DNA of 61,932 nucleotides, filler included, from Choristocarpus tenellus KU-1152 (taxonomy: Eukaryota > Protista > Phaeophyceae), in the NCBI GenBank assembly GCA_964200185.2. It is 13 parts of 13 records of this genome, joined end to end, with 100 filler letters (N's around TTAATTAATTAA, not from the genome) between each part and the next. Parts side by side here need not be neighbours in the genome. Positions count along the whole stretch, not along the records: positions 40,780 to 44,906 come from CAXNAD020016081.1; positions 45,007 to 47,754 come from CAXNAD020025076.1; positions 47,855 to 55,028 come from CAXNAD020006580.1; 10 more parts are not named here. One strand, given 5' to 3'. Shown here in pieces: positions 41,674 to 53,567 of this stretch. The position numbers and the translations under genes were made by a program. The notes beneath the pieces were generated by a model, which saw only the letters and a list, made by a program, of their open reading frames with translations, had not been told where the DNA came from and searched no databases. Positions within the stretch are counted from its first letter, which is position 1; the number at the start of each line of letters is the position of its first letter.

Positions 41674-42845
41674 TGTTTGTTAGCTTTGCTGTGTGTTTTG
41701 ATTGTTGATGTGTAGGTTTATTTCATTGTGGAGATGGTGTTTTAGTTGAGGTGATCGTGTTCATTGTTTGTATGCGTGTGGGGCTTTCTGTGGGCGATGG
41801 TATGGTTTGCACCCAGGAAAGGGTTTTTGCACACACATAGCTATAAAAAGTAGGATGGGAATAATGGGTTGGTCGTAGCCTGGTGCGACAGCAGGTGTGA
41901 AGGATATTGTTAACACTATGTATCAAGATTCTATTGGCAACAGTGTAGAGTTTCAGGGGGAGGGCAAGGAATGCAGAATCGGAAGAGGTGAGAGGTGCTC
42001 GTCGCTATGGTGTAGTCTGCCTCTTGAAGGACGAGGTGGTGATTTGAACTATGCTGAGATGTTCCACATGAATTAGTCCATGAACAGTACAGTATATGGA
42101 ATGGAAGCTTGTCGCCTTCCTCCGCTCTTGATTTTCTGTGAAAGGAAGTCACTCTCAGTCAATCTGTTTTTTTGGTGTCATGTAGTACTTTTTGAACAAT
42201 TTTTGGGACAACTACTGTCAAAATCGTTGAAATAAAGTTTTTTTTTTTTTTTGGGATCCCTAATTTACACTACGGTGTCTTCTGTCTGTGTCAAGAGGTA
42301 CCTGACATGACATGGTACAGTTTTTGTCTGATAAACTCTTTATCAATGTCTTTAAATCAAATTGGTTGACTTTGCACCCACCGGTGATCCTCCACAACAT
42401 TCATGACACCCCACCATCTCAAAATTTTCACGCCTCCCAATCTATACGAGAACTAAGCCTCGTCAAGAGGGTTTATCGTGTGGGTCGTTCCTGGCCGAGA
42501 ACAGAGCTTGAAAAAGTTATGCGACATTTAATTCCAAACAGAGGAAGTACCTTATTTTGTTCGACAATGTGTCGAAGAGTGTTAATGCCCTTTATTGTGA
42601 CCTGGACTCCAATACCAATACTCCAATACCAATAACTAATCTAGAGAGAACAGGGCAAAATCTAGAAGCACAAGTTTGGCATCCAAGGAGTCACCTCAGG
42701 AAGGAGGATCGTGGTGTGACTACTTTGGTGGTAAGATTTGTTCTTTGGCTGGACTTAGGGCGTGTGACAAAACCTCTCCTGGGAGGGCGGGTGGATGAGC
42801 AGATGCACAACTGTGTTGATTGCATGCAAAAGAGAGCTATTCCAA

Positions 42846-43372
42846 AGAGGATGTACAAGACATTCAATTATGATAGGCTTCAAGCCTGGGAGAGTCTGAG
42901 CTCAATGATGACATAACAGACGAACCAACTACAACGAAAGCGGCCTTAAGTGGGCCAGACGCAGAACAGTGGCAAGAAGCAATGGAAAAGGAAATGGCAG
43001 GGTTATAATGACCGGCAGAAACTTTAGTGAGAAGGCCCTGCCCCAAGAGAGGAAAGCAATTAAGACAAGATTTGTTTTCAAGATGTCCTCCTGCAGATCT
43101 TTTATCGTTCCACTGACCAGTCTGCTGAGCGCTTGATCTTGAAAGCAAGTCTTGTCTTAATTGCTTTCCTCTCTTGGGGCAGGGCCTTGTCACTAAAAGT
43201 CCCCTTCTGTAATAACCCTGTCGTTTCCTTTTCCATTGCTTCTTGCCACTGTTCTGCATCTGGCCCACTTAAGGCCGCTTTCGTTGTAGTTGGTTTGTCT
43301 GTTATGTCGTCATTGAGCGCAGACTCCCCCAGGCTTGAAGCCTATCATAATTAAATGTCTTGTACATCCTCT
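42846..43372. repeat. ~235-bp inverted repeat (Copia RT start) with a ~50-bp loop
   Basis: 42846-43084 is the near-exact reverse complement of 43137-43372. Confidence 0.9.
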
Positions 43373-44691
43373 GTTTTTCTTTTCTGGCTCCAACTCTGGT
43401 CCAGTTAATTCCTCCGCCTCTTTAGACAGTGTCGCTCTCCTCTGGCGACAAACAATCCAAAGGTCTCCTTTACCTCCACAGTTGTAGCATATTCCTTCGA
43501 AAGAAACAAGGACCAATATTCTTGATCTGTCCACAGTTTAAACCTCTTCTGTTAATGTCCTGCTCCCCTAGTGGCAGGTACAGTAATTGCTTTTCTCATT
43601 CCATAAGCAAGAATCTTGGGGTCTTCAGTCAATGGGCATGCCCCCCCTTCAGGGACAAGTTCTGTGACGAATGCTCCTCCTCCTAGACTTCCAGTTCTTG
43701 GTTGTTATTAGTTGTACCATATCCCATGTCGATGATGATTCTATTGCCCGTTTCAGCTTCCTGTAGCTTATATTGGGTCTTGTGATGAACTGCACAGGGA
43801 TCTCGTCCTCCACACAAGGACACATTTGCGCAAATATCTGCGGCATGCTGTCCCTGATGCCTATGATCAGAGCTCCTTTCTTGGCATGATCTTGGCTGCC
43901 TCCAGCTGCTTGTACTCTTGTCCAGATATGATCAAGACCAATGACGAAATCTGCAGTGTCCTCCACTGACGAGCAGTACATATTTCACAGTGTCATCTCT
44001 AGAGCTATGAGCTGCATGGGCCGCTGAACAGCAGCGCGTCCTCCATAGATCTGCTCTAATTCGAGCCAGGCAGCCCTCACATCGGGGCTGCTGTTATTCT
44101 CATGAGAGCTGACCACCATCGCTGCAGTCCCCTTTGTGGCCTGTCCCAGCAGGAACCACAAGGCCTCAAGATGCTTGACATAATCCTCGTACGCACTGCA
44201 TCCCTCGAATGATGTATCAGCTGTGGGAGGTGCAGGAATGCGGTATTCTGGTTGTAGGATGCAGTACAGACTCTTGCCGCCCGCATAGCTCACCAGCGCC
44301 ATCCGCCATTCTGCCCACTTCTCCCTTGTATGCCCCCCGTGCTCCACTCCATAGTGGCAGCATACAGGGGTCTGCTTACGCACCAATGAGCATAACTTGT
44401 ATGTTAGATTTCCCTGACGAAGGGGAATCGTGTGAGGCTCGTAACCTATGCAAAAGAGAGCTATTCCAATAGAGTCTTTTCACTATGCTGTATGGATATA
44501 TTTATTAGCGGAGTGAGCACTACCCTCAAGGTGGGGGGGGTGCTCTCCCTTGTTATCTAATGTATACGTCAGCAAACGTCAGAAATATGTTTGTGACAGT
44601 TACACTACGTCAGCTGGTTATATTAAACAGAAAAAAGAACTCAATCTTTGCAAAAGAGTAACTACTCATACTACTCTCCACCATTCTGTCA
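43085..44691 (-). mobile_element. Copia remnant: LTR (~44402-44691), gag, zinc knuckle, then a jump to the RT start
   Basis: Gag frames 43985-44386 and 43649-43981; knuckle CYNCGGKGDLWIVC; then PTTTKAALSGPDAEQWQEAMEKE...KAIKTR..FKIKRSAD. LTR reads TGACA...TAACA on minus. Confidence 0.8.
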
Positions 44692-45939
44692 TACACTTCT
44701 TCCCCTACAGACACATTCATGGTTAGGAATGCTTTTGATGATCCCTGCCGATTTGATTGCCTCCACTTCTGCCACCTTTGCTCCGTCTCTTGGTTGGTGG
44801 TGGTGGAAATTGTAGTTTCGTCGACCCCTGGGGGCGCTTAGCAGGAGGTTGGCCATCCAAATATGAGCTGTATTCTCGCCACTGGCGAGCACAATGTGTC
44901 TCGCAGNNNNNNNNNNNNNNNNNNNNNNNNNNNNNNNNNNNNNNNNNNNNTTAATTAATTAANNNNNNNNNNNNNNNNNNNNNNNNNNNNNNNNNNNNNN
45001 NNNNNNGTACTGTGGGAGATTTATATATATGTTTTTTTATCGTTTTTGATACAGGTGGCAACACGAATAATACATGATGCCTTCTATATAAAATTGCTCA
45101 CAATCAGGACTAGCTCTAGCCCCAGCCCTAGGCCTACCCTTAGCCCTAGCACCTGCAGCAAAAACAAGCAAAAAAAATATTGAAAAATCTCCCACAGTAC
45201 CTGCTCTACACGTACGTAACTAGGAATGTATGTACGTAACTGTGATGCACTATACTCCAGAGTAACGCAGTTACAGTAAACGCCACGAACACGTACGCTT
45301 GCGTACTTGAGTAGTGGTTGGTTGTCGTTGTTTTATTTTCTCCTTGACAACTACCACCCCCCTCCTTGGCCTGTTCTGTGGTCTGTGATGACCAGCAGGT
45401 CGAAAGAGAGATGCCAGGTAGGTTACACGCGCCCGTTGAAGCTTACCTCCAAAGGTTGTACAATTCAGTTCCAATTTACAGATCAACGGACGTCAGCTCA
45501 GCAGAACAGGAATACTCTCTGGTGAACCAAACAGGACTAGGAAATGTGTGTAAGGGTATCGTCCAAGAGATATATAAGGAACAAAAAGTGAATATGTTGT
45601 TCCTGAAGGTCAGAAGAACTGAGTCGTTTGGAGCTGTTTTTAGAGTCTCTTATCATCACTAACCGTTGGGGCTTCTTGTGGCTTACAGACATTGGAATAT
45701 TTCTGAGAACCTTAGAGACCTTTCCATCTGGGACCCTTTGCGACCTTTCCGAGTTACAGATTTTATTCTGCAATGTTTTGGCAAATCGGAGTTCCCCCTA
45801 ATGGGGTTCCCCACGCTCGTACACTGCTCGCGCCGGTTAAAGCGCGGGAAGAAATTCTCGCGCTACTCGCCTGTAACATGCCCCGCAGCGTGAACTAGGT
45901 ATACATGTTTCACGTTTAGCGCAGGCAATTGTCACCGGT

Positions 45940-47754
45940 TAAGATGATAGATATCACCCATCACCTCAGATCACGCTGTAGCGGCATGAGTTCGTTGCCA
46001 TCAAACAAAAGAGGGGCTCCAGTTCCAAAGTTGCCAGTTGTTTCCAACACAGGGACCTCGGTTCCAAATTTACCAGATTTTCCAACAAACGATCGACATG
46101 TCTCCCAGTTTCGTTTTTAAGAATAATTCCTCAAATGCCTTAAGACACAGTCAGAATCAATAAATGTCTGAGCTAATCAGATGATATATTTCATTAAAAA
46201 GATAAACTTCCACTAGGTCCAGAATCGATCAACACATATCCATGTTTTTCTTGGAATAATTTATCGCAAGAGCACAGAATACTATGCAAAACAGGTTTCG
46301 TCTGGGTTAATCTGAGTATATACTTGCTCCTGTAACATCTTCAAAAGTTGCAAAACATACACCTCTTACATGGCCTAGAATGAATGGGGCTCCAGTTCCG
46401 ATCACCCCAATCACAAATGTAGTTAATTCCTCTCCACAGTTTTTTTTTTTAAGGGTCCGTCTACAAGGTGACAAGATGTAATCTTATTCCAATTGCGTCT
46501 GCCTAATCTAAGTATACCTGTTCCTTCTGAACTGGAACTTTCATAAGAACAACATGAAAAAAAATAAGAAGAATGTATCCTATATAATAACGTTTACTAC
46601 AAGTGATTGTCACTGGTGAAGACAATAGACATCATCAATCGCCTCAGATCATCCTGTAGCAGGGAGAAGGAAGCGCAAAAAATATGCCTAATTCCTACAA
46701 GGCCTAAACACGTATCCCTATCTTATTTGGGGAAATCTGTCTGCGTCTAGCCTAACCTGAGGATATATTCATTCTCTCTAAAGTACAGCTTCCATAGAGT
46801 GCCAAGAATCATCTGATTATTGCCTGTCTCATGCCCCCCAGCACGAAGAATACTAACGGCTGCTAGTGTGTAAAACAGGCAATAACATCAACGTCGGCTT
46901 CTAGCAAAAACGAAGAGAAAAAGAAGAAAAATATGAACAGGGAAAAATAATAAAAAGGGAAAAGGAAAAAAAAAATTGGATAAAGGGGGTCATGTACCTG
47001 ATGTACACAGAATATATATATTCAAAGACACAAAATGACAAAAAAAAACAAAATATCCTACATAATTGCTATCTGTCCTGATGTGGGATACTTCATGGTT
47101 CCTACTTCTGCTATCCTATGTTCCCTGCAGGCACTACCTGTTCCATGCTTGCCACGGGCAATAATCGTTATCTGGATAATAAATATCCATCACCTTAGAT
47201 CATGCTGCGGTGGCATGTATAATTGCCATTTGGTAACATAGGGGCTTCAGTTCCGACTCTGCCAGTTTTCTCCAACATAGGGACTCCAGTTCCAAATTAA
47301 CCCACGGATTCCAACCATGATCAACAATCCCCTCGTTTCCTTTGAGAACGGATCCTCAAAAATAGTCAGGCACATTCAAGATCAATATATGTCTGACCAG
47401 ATAAGAGTATATACTTTTATTTTTTTAAAGTATGTAACTCCAACTAGCCCCAAAACAGGTCAACAAATATCCTTGTTTAACCTGGGAAAACATTCCCAAG
47501 GGTCAAAGAATACCATTAGAGTCAGATTGCCCCTGGTCTAGTCTGAGTATACATTTGTCCTTTCTGAAACACACCTTCAAAATTTACAAAGCATATATCT
47601 CTGACATGGCCTAAAATGAATGCGTCCCCAATTCCAATCACTCTAATCACAAATGTGATTAATTTATCCACGTTCCCTTCAAGGTGTCCATAAGGTCACA
47701 AAATGCAATCTCCATTAAATTGTCTGGCCTAATCCGAGTATACACTTGTTTCTT
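45940..47754. repeat. Degenerate higher-order repeat (~1.23-kb period) with internal sub-repeats
   Basis: 45945-46560 aligns with 47170-47754. The motif TCTG.C.TAATCTGAGTATA recurs about seven times. Confidence 0.7.
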
Positions 47755-49465
47755 NNNNNNNNNNNNNNNNNNNNNNNNNNNNNNNNNNNNNNNNNNNNTT
47801 AATTAATTAANNNNNNNNNNNNNNNNNNNNNNNNNNNNNNNNNNNNNNNNNNNNAAGATAGAGTATTCCACATGACAGCAGGAATGTACCCTCCGTCTGG
47901 TTAAGTTCAACCGCATCCTGCGAATCATCAAAAAGGTTATCAAATTGCATCACGGGCAAAGCAAAAAATTAGACAAAAAAATATGTAAGCACTTGGCATT
48001 GTCTGACCTTTCAGTATATGGTTTCAAAAGGTTATCCAAAACCTTTTTTGTATTTCAGGAGTTACACCATATAACCTTACGGTCTATGTGGTATCCCTAT
48101 TAGGTTATTCACTTGACTAGTAATGGTAACAATACACCAACCAGTCCCCAACAAGAAAAACTGAAAAAAAGTATAAAATAACCCACTTCATCCAAACACA
48201 AAGTGAAATCAAGTATAGAAAGCCTGAAATGCATGCATAGCAACAACTCCAGAAGGGACAAACCGAAAGTCAGAAACAGGTGAAATGAATCTCCAATATC
48301 CACTGCAGACGTGATACAGTCAACTCCTTTTAATTTTACTTTGCACCAAACAAATTCACCACTGCAACAATATCAAGCCTTCCTTAAAATCAAAATATGC
48401 CATCATTCTACAAAACCCTCTCGTTATTTAATAACTAAATGTACCCCTGGTCTGGATGAACTCAATGGAATCAAAAAATCAGGACACACTTCACACACTT
48501 GTCATGGACCTACAAAATAAAAATAAATTGGAGAACTTGCAACATGAAAGTCAGAAGTACTAAGTAAACCAACCCAAATTCCTTGAAAGGTTGCAAAATC
48601 AATCTTTGTGACATTGTTAAAACACAAATCCTACCCAATCTCAACATTAATGTTTCGTAAGCATGGAAATCCAGTAAACCAACTTTAACACCACTTTCCA
48701 CTATGACAACTCATTTGCACAAAAATTAAATATAGCAGTAGCAAGCCTTCCTTAATGACACAATATACCATCATTCTACTAAATTCCATCTTGGTACTTA
48801 TCTCTTACCTTTCTCAAGAAGATAACATCAGTAAGCTATTCATGAAAGGGAAAGTACGAGAAGTTCCACAAAAGTTTAGAAATAGATCTAGTGATGTCTC
48901 ACGAGGTATAATTTTTTCAATATCAACATTAAAGGTTGTAACCCCTATAGAGGGTTTATACTTATAGAACCTGTACAACAGATACATTCAAACATTACAG
49001 GAAAGTAGATGTCGCATTGCACTGCCAACACAACAGTTTCGCCTTGTTTGACATGCTAGTATTTCTTACAGAGAGTATCCTCATATCAACATGCAATTAC
49101 CTCAAGTAAAAATTTCGGGGATCAAAAGTTTGGAGGGTAGAAACAGAATTGACTAACTCTCCATTTAATCCATATAATTTCAACAGTGCATCGTGTCAAA
49201 TACCATTCAACAATTACCCTCACACTCTCCTCCATTTTCACAATATCTTAGCTCTCTGCCCGATTTGGAAATCAACATTCTGAGATATTCCAATTGGACA
49301 ACAAGATCAAAAATAAAATAATATCAATGTCATCTCATTATTTGTAGAATCCTTAATGGACACGTGGTTGGTAAGAAATATACCTAACAGTACAATAATC
49401 AATTAATATAAATACATAATATGTTGGATTGAAGGGTAGGTTCTCTTTCATAACAAATTAACTGT

Positions 49466-49640
49466 ACCGAAAAAAATATAGAATCTTCCAAGACATATAT
49501 TAACCCTAACCCTGACCCTTACCCTATACCGAAAAGATATATAGATTCTTCCAAGACATATATTAACCCTAACCCTATACCGAAAAGATACATAGAATCT
49601 TCCAAGACATATATTAACTCTAACCCTAACCCAAACCCTA
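49466..49640. repeat. Minisatellite (~50-60-bp unit x3) containing CCCTAA telomeric motifs
   Basis: TACCGAAAAGATATATAGAATCTTCCAAGACATATATTAACCCTAACCC repeated three times, just inside the intron after the Roc exon. Confidence 0.85.
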
Positions 49641-49746
49641 TATATATATATATATCTTACGCTAAGAGTAGTTTATCCTTAGGAAAAGTTAGAAATCAAA
49701 ACAAAATTCACCATACATAGTAACCATAACAGAAACGGTTGCATAC

Positions 49747-50822
49747 CTTAAAAATTGCAGTGACAGCAGCATCTTCTGCATCACCCTCCCAGTTTCCCTC
49801 CTTCCAGATACCTTTCCATTTCCCAACAGCATCCTCCAAATGCAAATACGGCAACATCGTTTGACCTTCACCCTTGGCATGTGACACCTCACCCGGCTTG
49901 AGTGCTGCCATCAAGGGGTTCAACCCATCACGTAGGGCAAACATCACAGCAGATACCCTTGCCCATCCCATTGGGATAACCTTACCAATAGTGGGAAACA
50001 AGCGAGTTCCATCTGGACCAGGTCTAACTCCATGCATCACAAGCTCCACAGTCTTCTTTCGAACAGCATCCATCCTTTCTCCTCCTGACCGACACGATAC
50101 AGCCATCACTCCTAAGATATAAAGATCCGCAGGTGGTTGAACCTCCTTCATGACTTCCACACCCAACTCCTTCTGCCGCTTAGAAAAGATCATGTCCATC
50201 TCATCACGCTTGACTTTCAAGTGTTTACCAATCAAAAGATCAAGCTTCTTCATCGCACAGTCAACCTCATCGTCACCCTTCATACAGTCAATATGCGTCC
50301 CAACAACCAAAACAGACGAACCAGGCACCTTGCACAGCAGCAGATCAAGCCAGCTGTAGACAAGCTTACCTCCTTCTGACTCTTCATGATAGAATTTGTT
50401 GAGGTCAACCACAAGAAGGTTCAAGGCGCCCATAGTAAGAAAAAATGGACACATGGAGTCGTACTCCTTGTGTGCGCCAAAGTCCCACATCATCAATTCT
50501 AGCAGCTCTTCACCATTCGGCTTCCAGGAGTGTACATCCACTCCACGAGTGTGATCTTCAAGAGTGGTCAAATAGGGCCGTCCATCCAACATACTCCGGG
50601 CAAGGCTGGTCTTGCCTGCACAAACCTCGCCAACAAGAACCACCTTCAGCCTGTGAGACTTAGTCAACCCAGAGAGTTCAACAGCCTCATAATATTGAAT
50701 AATTGCCTCCAAACCACCCTCCACAACCTCTGCTGGAGAACTAACCCATCGGTTACGAAAAAAACTATGGTCTTCCAAATGAATGCATGACCTAAGCCGT
50801 AGTGCTGCCTCCTTCGAGAAAA
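49747..50822 (-). CDS. ROCO LRR-GTPase, Roc and start-of-COR exon
   Basis: Bounded by ATCAG| and AAG|GTATGC. Encodes PAEVVEGGLEAI, LKVVLVGEVCAGKTSL (G1), TRGVDV (G2), WDFGAH (G3), LLVVDL and VVGTHID (G4). Confidence 0.93.
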
Positions 50823-51567
50823 CTGATATGAAAAAAGTAAAATAGAACCGACATGGAAGGAAGAGACATTAAGAGTTAGATTAAAGATTATAAAGTAATG
50901 ACCCAAACAAAGAGTTATAAAAGAACTACCACCAAATTCAACATCTTGCCAACTTCATATACTACATAATACTTTACTTGACTGCAGAAATATTATCAGT
51001 AGCCAGCATCACTGACAAAATATTGTCCAACTTCGAAATTACCACAAATACCAATCAGGAATGAATTGATAAAGCATGCAAAACGAAAAACAAATCTATT
51101 CTTACAATCACAAATTCTCAATCACCTTCTATCCTCAGATTAACCAAACATCTTCAACCAACCTATCCACAACAACGTCATACACAAACAAGAGCAAAAA
51201 GAGGGACCTACCACAAAACAAAATACCTCAACTACCCTGCCCTGACTAATACAACCACAACTAATATGCCTACACTCTTGTCCACGACAAACATCACCTC
51301 CAGGTACACAACAACCCTCATGCGCACTATATACATCACTCTCCTGTCAAAACATATAATTGTCACACTAATCAATATCAAACCAACCATGGTCTTGCTC
51401 TAGTACTGATACGAAATTGGATTCAATCATCTCCATATTGCACCAGTCCAATATTCTTAGGGCACATATCAAAAATATACATTTTTGACCACACTAGGGT
51501 ACTTCAACAGGAAACCAAAAAAAAGGAGATACCTTCAAATTCAACAAATACCCAACTTCACAATTAC

Positions 51568-51639
51568 CGCTTAATTTATTGTTTCCCAAATCTAGCCACG
51601 TGAGAGCAGAGAGATTCCCCAGTGACTCCGGGATGCTCC
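51568..51639 (-). CDS. ROCO 72-bp LRR exon R4: GSIPESLGNLSALTWLDLGNNKLS
   Basis: CAG|...|GTAA boundaries, phase 1-1, one 24-aa plant-type LRR. Confidence 0.93.
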
Positions 51640-52211
51640 CTGTGAGGAAAAGAGTTCATTTGTGAATGCCATTCAGTTTTCACAATACACAAACATTAGT
51701 CAAAAGTGGGGTGACAAAGCAGGCAAAACGAAAAACAAATCTATTCTTACAATCACAAATCTTAATCACCTTCTATCCTCAGACTAACTAAACATCTTCA
51801 ACCAACCTATCGACAACAACGCCATACACAAACAAGAGCAAAAAGAGGGACCTACCACGAAACAAAGTACCTCCTTAACTATCCTGTCCTGACTAATACA
51901 ACCACAACTAATATGCCTACACTCTTGTCCACTACAAACATCACCTCCAGGTACACAACAACCCTCATGCGCACTATATACATCACTCTCCTGTCAACAC
52001 ATCTATTGTCACACTAATCAATATCAAACCAATCATGGTCTTGCTCTAGTACTGATACGAAATTGGATTCAATCATCTCTATATTGCACCAGTCCAACAA
52101 TCTCAGTACACACAACAAAAATATACATTCTTGACCACACTAGGGTACTTCAACAGAAAACCAAAAAAAAAAATACCTTCAAATTCAACAAATGTCCAAC
52201 TTCACACTCAC

Positions 52212-52283
52212 CACTGACTTCATTGTTCTTCAAATATAGGTGCGTGAGAGAAGAGAGATTCCCCAGTGACTCCGGGATGCTCC
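52212..52283 (-). CDS. ROCO 72-bp LRR exon R3: GSIPESLGNLSSLTHLYLKNNEVS
   Basis: CAG|...|GTGAG boundaries, phase 1-1. Confidence 0.93.
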
Positions 52284-52850
52284 CTGTGAGGAAAAGAATT
52301 GATTTACGAAAGCCATTCAGGTTTCACAATACACACACAACATTTAGTCAAAAGTGGGGTGACAAAGCATGCAAAACGAAAAACAAATCTATTCTTACAA
52401 TCACAATTCTTAATCACCTTCTATCCTCAGACTAACCAAACATCTTCAACCAACCTAGACACAACAACGCCATACACAAACGAGAGCAAAAAGAGGCACC
52501 TACCACAAAACAAAATACCTCCTCAACTATACTGACCTGACTAATACAACCACAACCAATATGCCTACACTCTTCTCCCCCACAACATCACCTCCAGGTA
52601 CCCTCATGCGCACTACATGCATCACTCTCCTCTAAACACAGCTAATTCTAACACTAATCAATATCGATCTAACTATGGCCTTGATATATTACTGATACAA
52701 AATTGGATTATATCATTTATATACTGATCCAGTCCAACATTCCAAGGGCACACATCAAAAATATACATTCTTGACATCACTAGGGTCCCTCAACAGGAAA
52801 ACAAAGAGGAGATACCTTCAAATTCAACAAATATACAACTTCACACTTAC

Positions 52851-52922
52851 CGCTTAGCTGATTGGAAGATAAATTGAGCCGAGTGAGAGCAGAGAGATTC
52901 CCCAATGACTCCGGTATTGGTC
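52851..52922 (-). CDS. ROCO 72-bp LRR exon R2: GPIPESLGNLSALTRLNLSSNQLS
   Basis: CAG|...|GTAAG boundaries, phase 1-1. Confidence 0.93.
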
Positions 52923-53495
52923 CTGTGTGGAAAAGAGATGATTTACGAAAGTCATTCAGGTTTCACAATACACAAACAACCATTAGTCAAAAGTGGGGTG
53001 ACAAAGCATGCAAAACGAAAAACACATCTATTCTTACAATCACAATTCTTAATCACCTTCTATCCTCAGACTAACTAAACATCTTCAACCAACCTATCCA
53101 CAACAACATCATACACAAACAAGAGCAAAAAGAGGGACCTACCACAAAACAAATATCTCAACTACCCTGCCCTGAATAATACAACCACAACTAATATGCC
53201 TACATTCTTGTCCACGACAAACATCACCTCCAGGTACACAACCCTCATGCGCACTACATACATCACTCTTCTGTCAAAACATATAATTGTCACACTAATC
53301 AATATCAAACTAACCATCATCTTGCTCTAGTACCGATACGAAATTGGATTCAATCATCTCTATATTGCACCAGTCCAACATTCTCAGGGCACACATCAAA
53401 AATCTACATCTTTGACCACACCAGGGTCCTTCAAAAGGAAAACAAACAAAAAGGAGATACCTTCAAATTCAACAAATGTACAACTTCACACTTAC

Positions 53496-53567
53496 CGCTC
53501 AGCTTATTGAAAGACAAATCTAGTTCCGTAAGACCACAGAGACTCCCCAGTGACTCCGGGATTTGTC
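53496..53567 (-). CDS. ROCO 72-bp LRR exon R1: xQIPESLGSLCGLTELDLSFNKLS
   Basis: CAG|...|GTAAG boundaries, phase 1-1. Confidence 0.93.
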
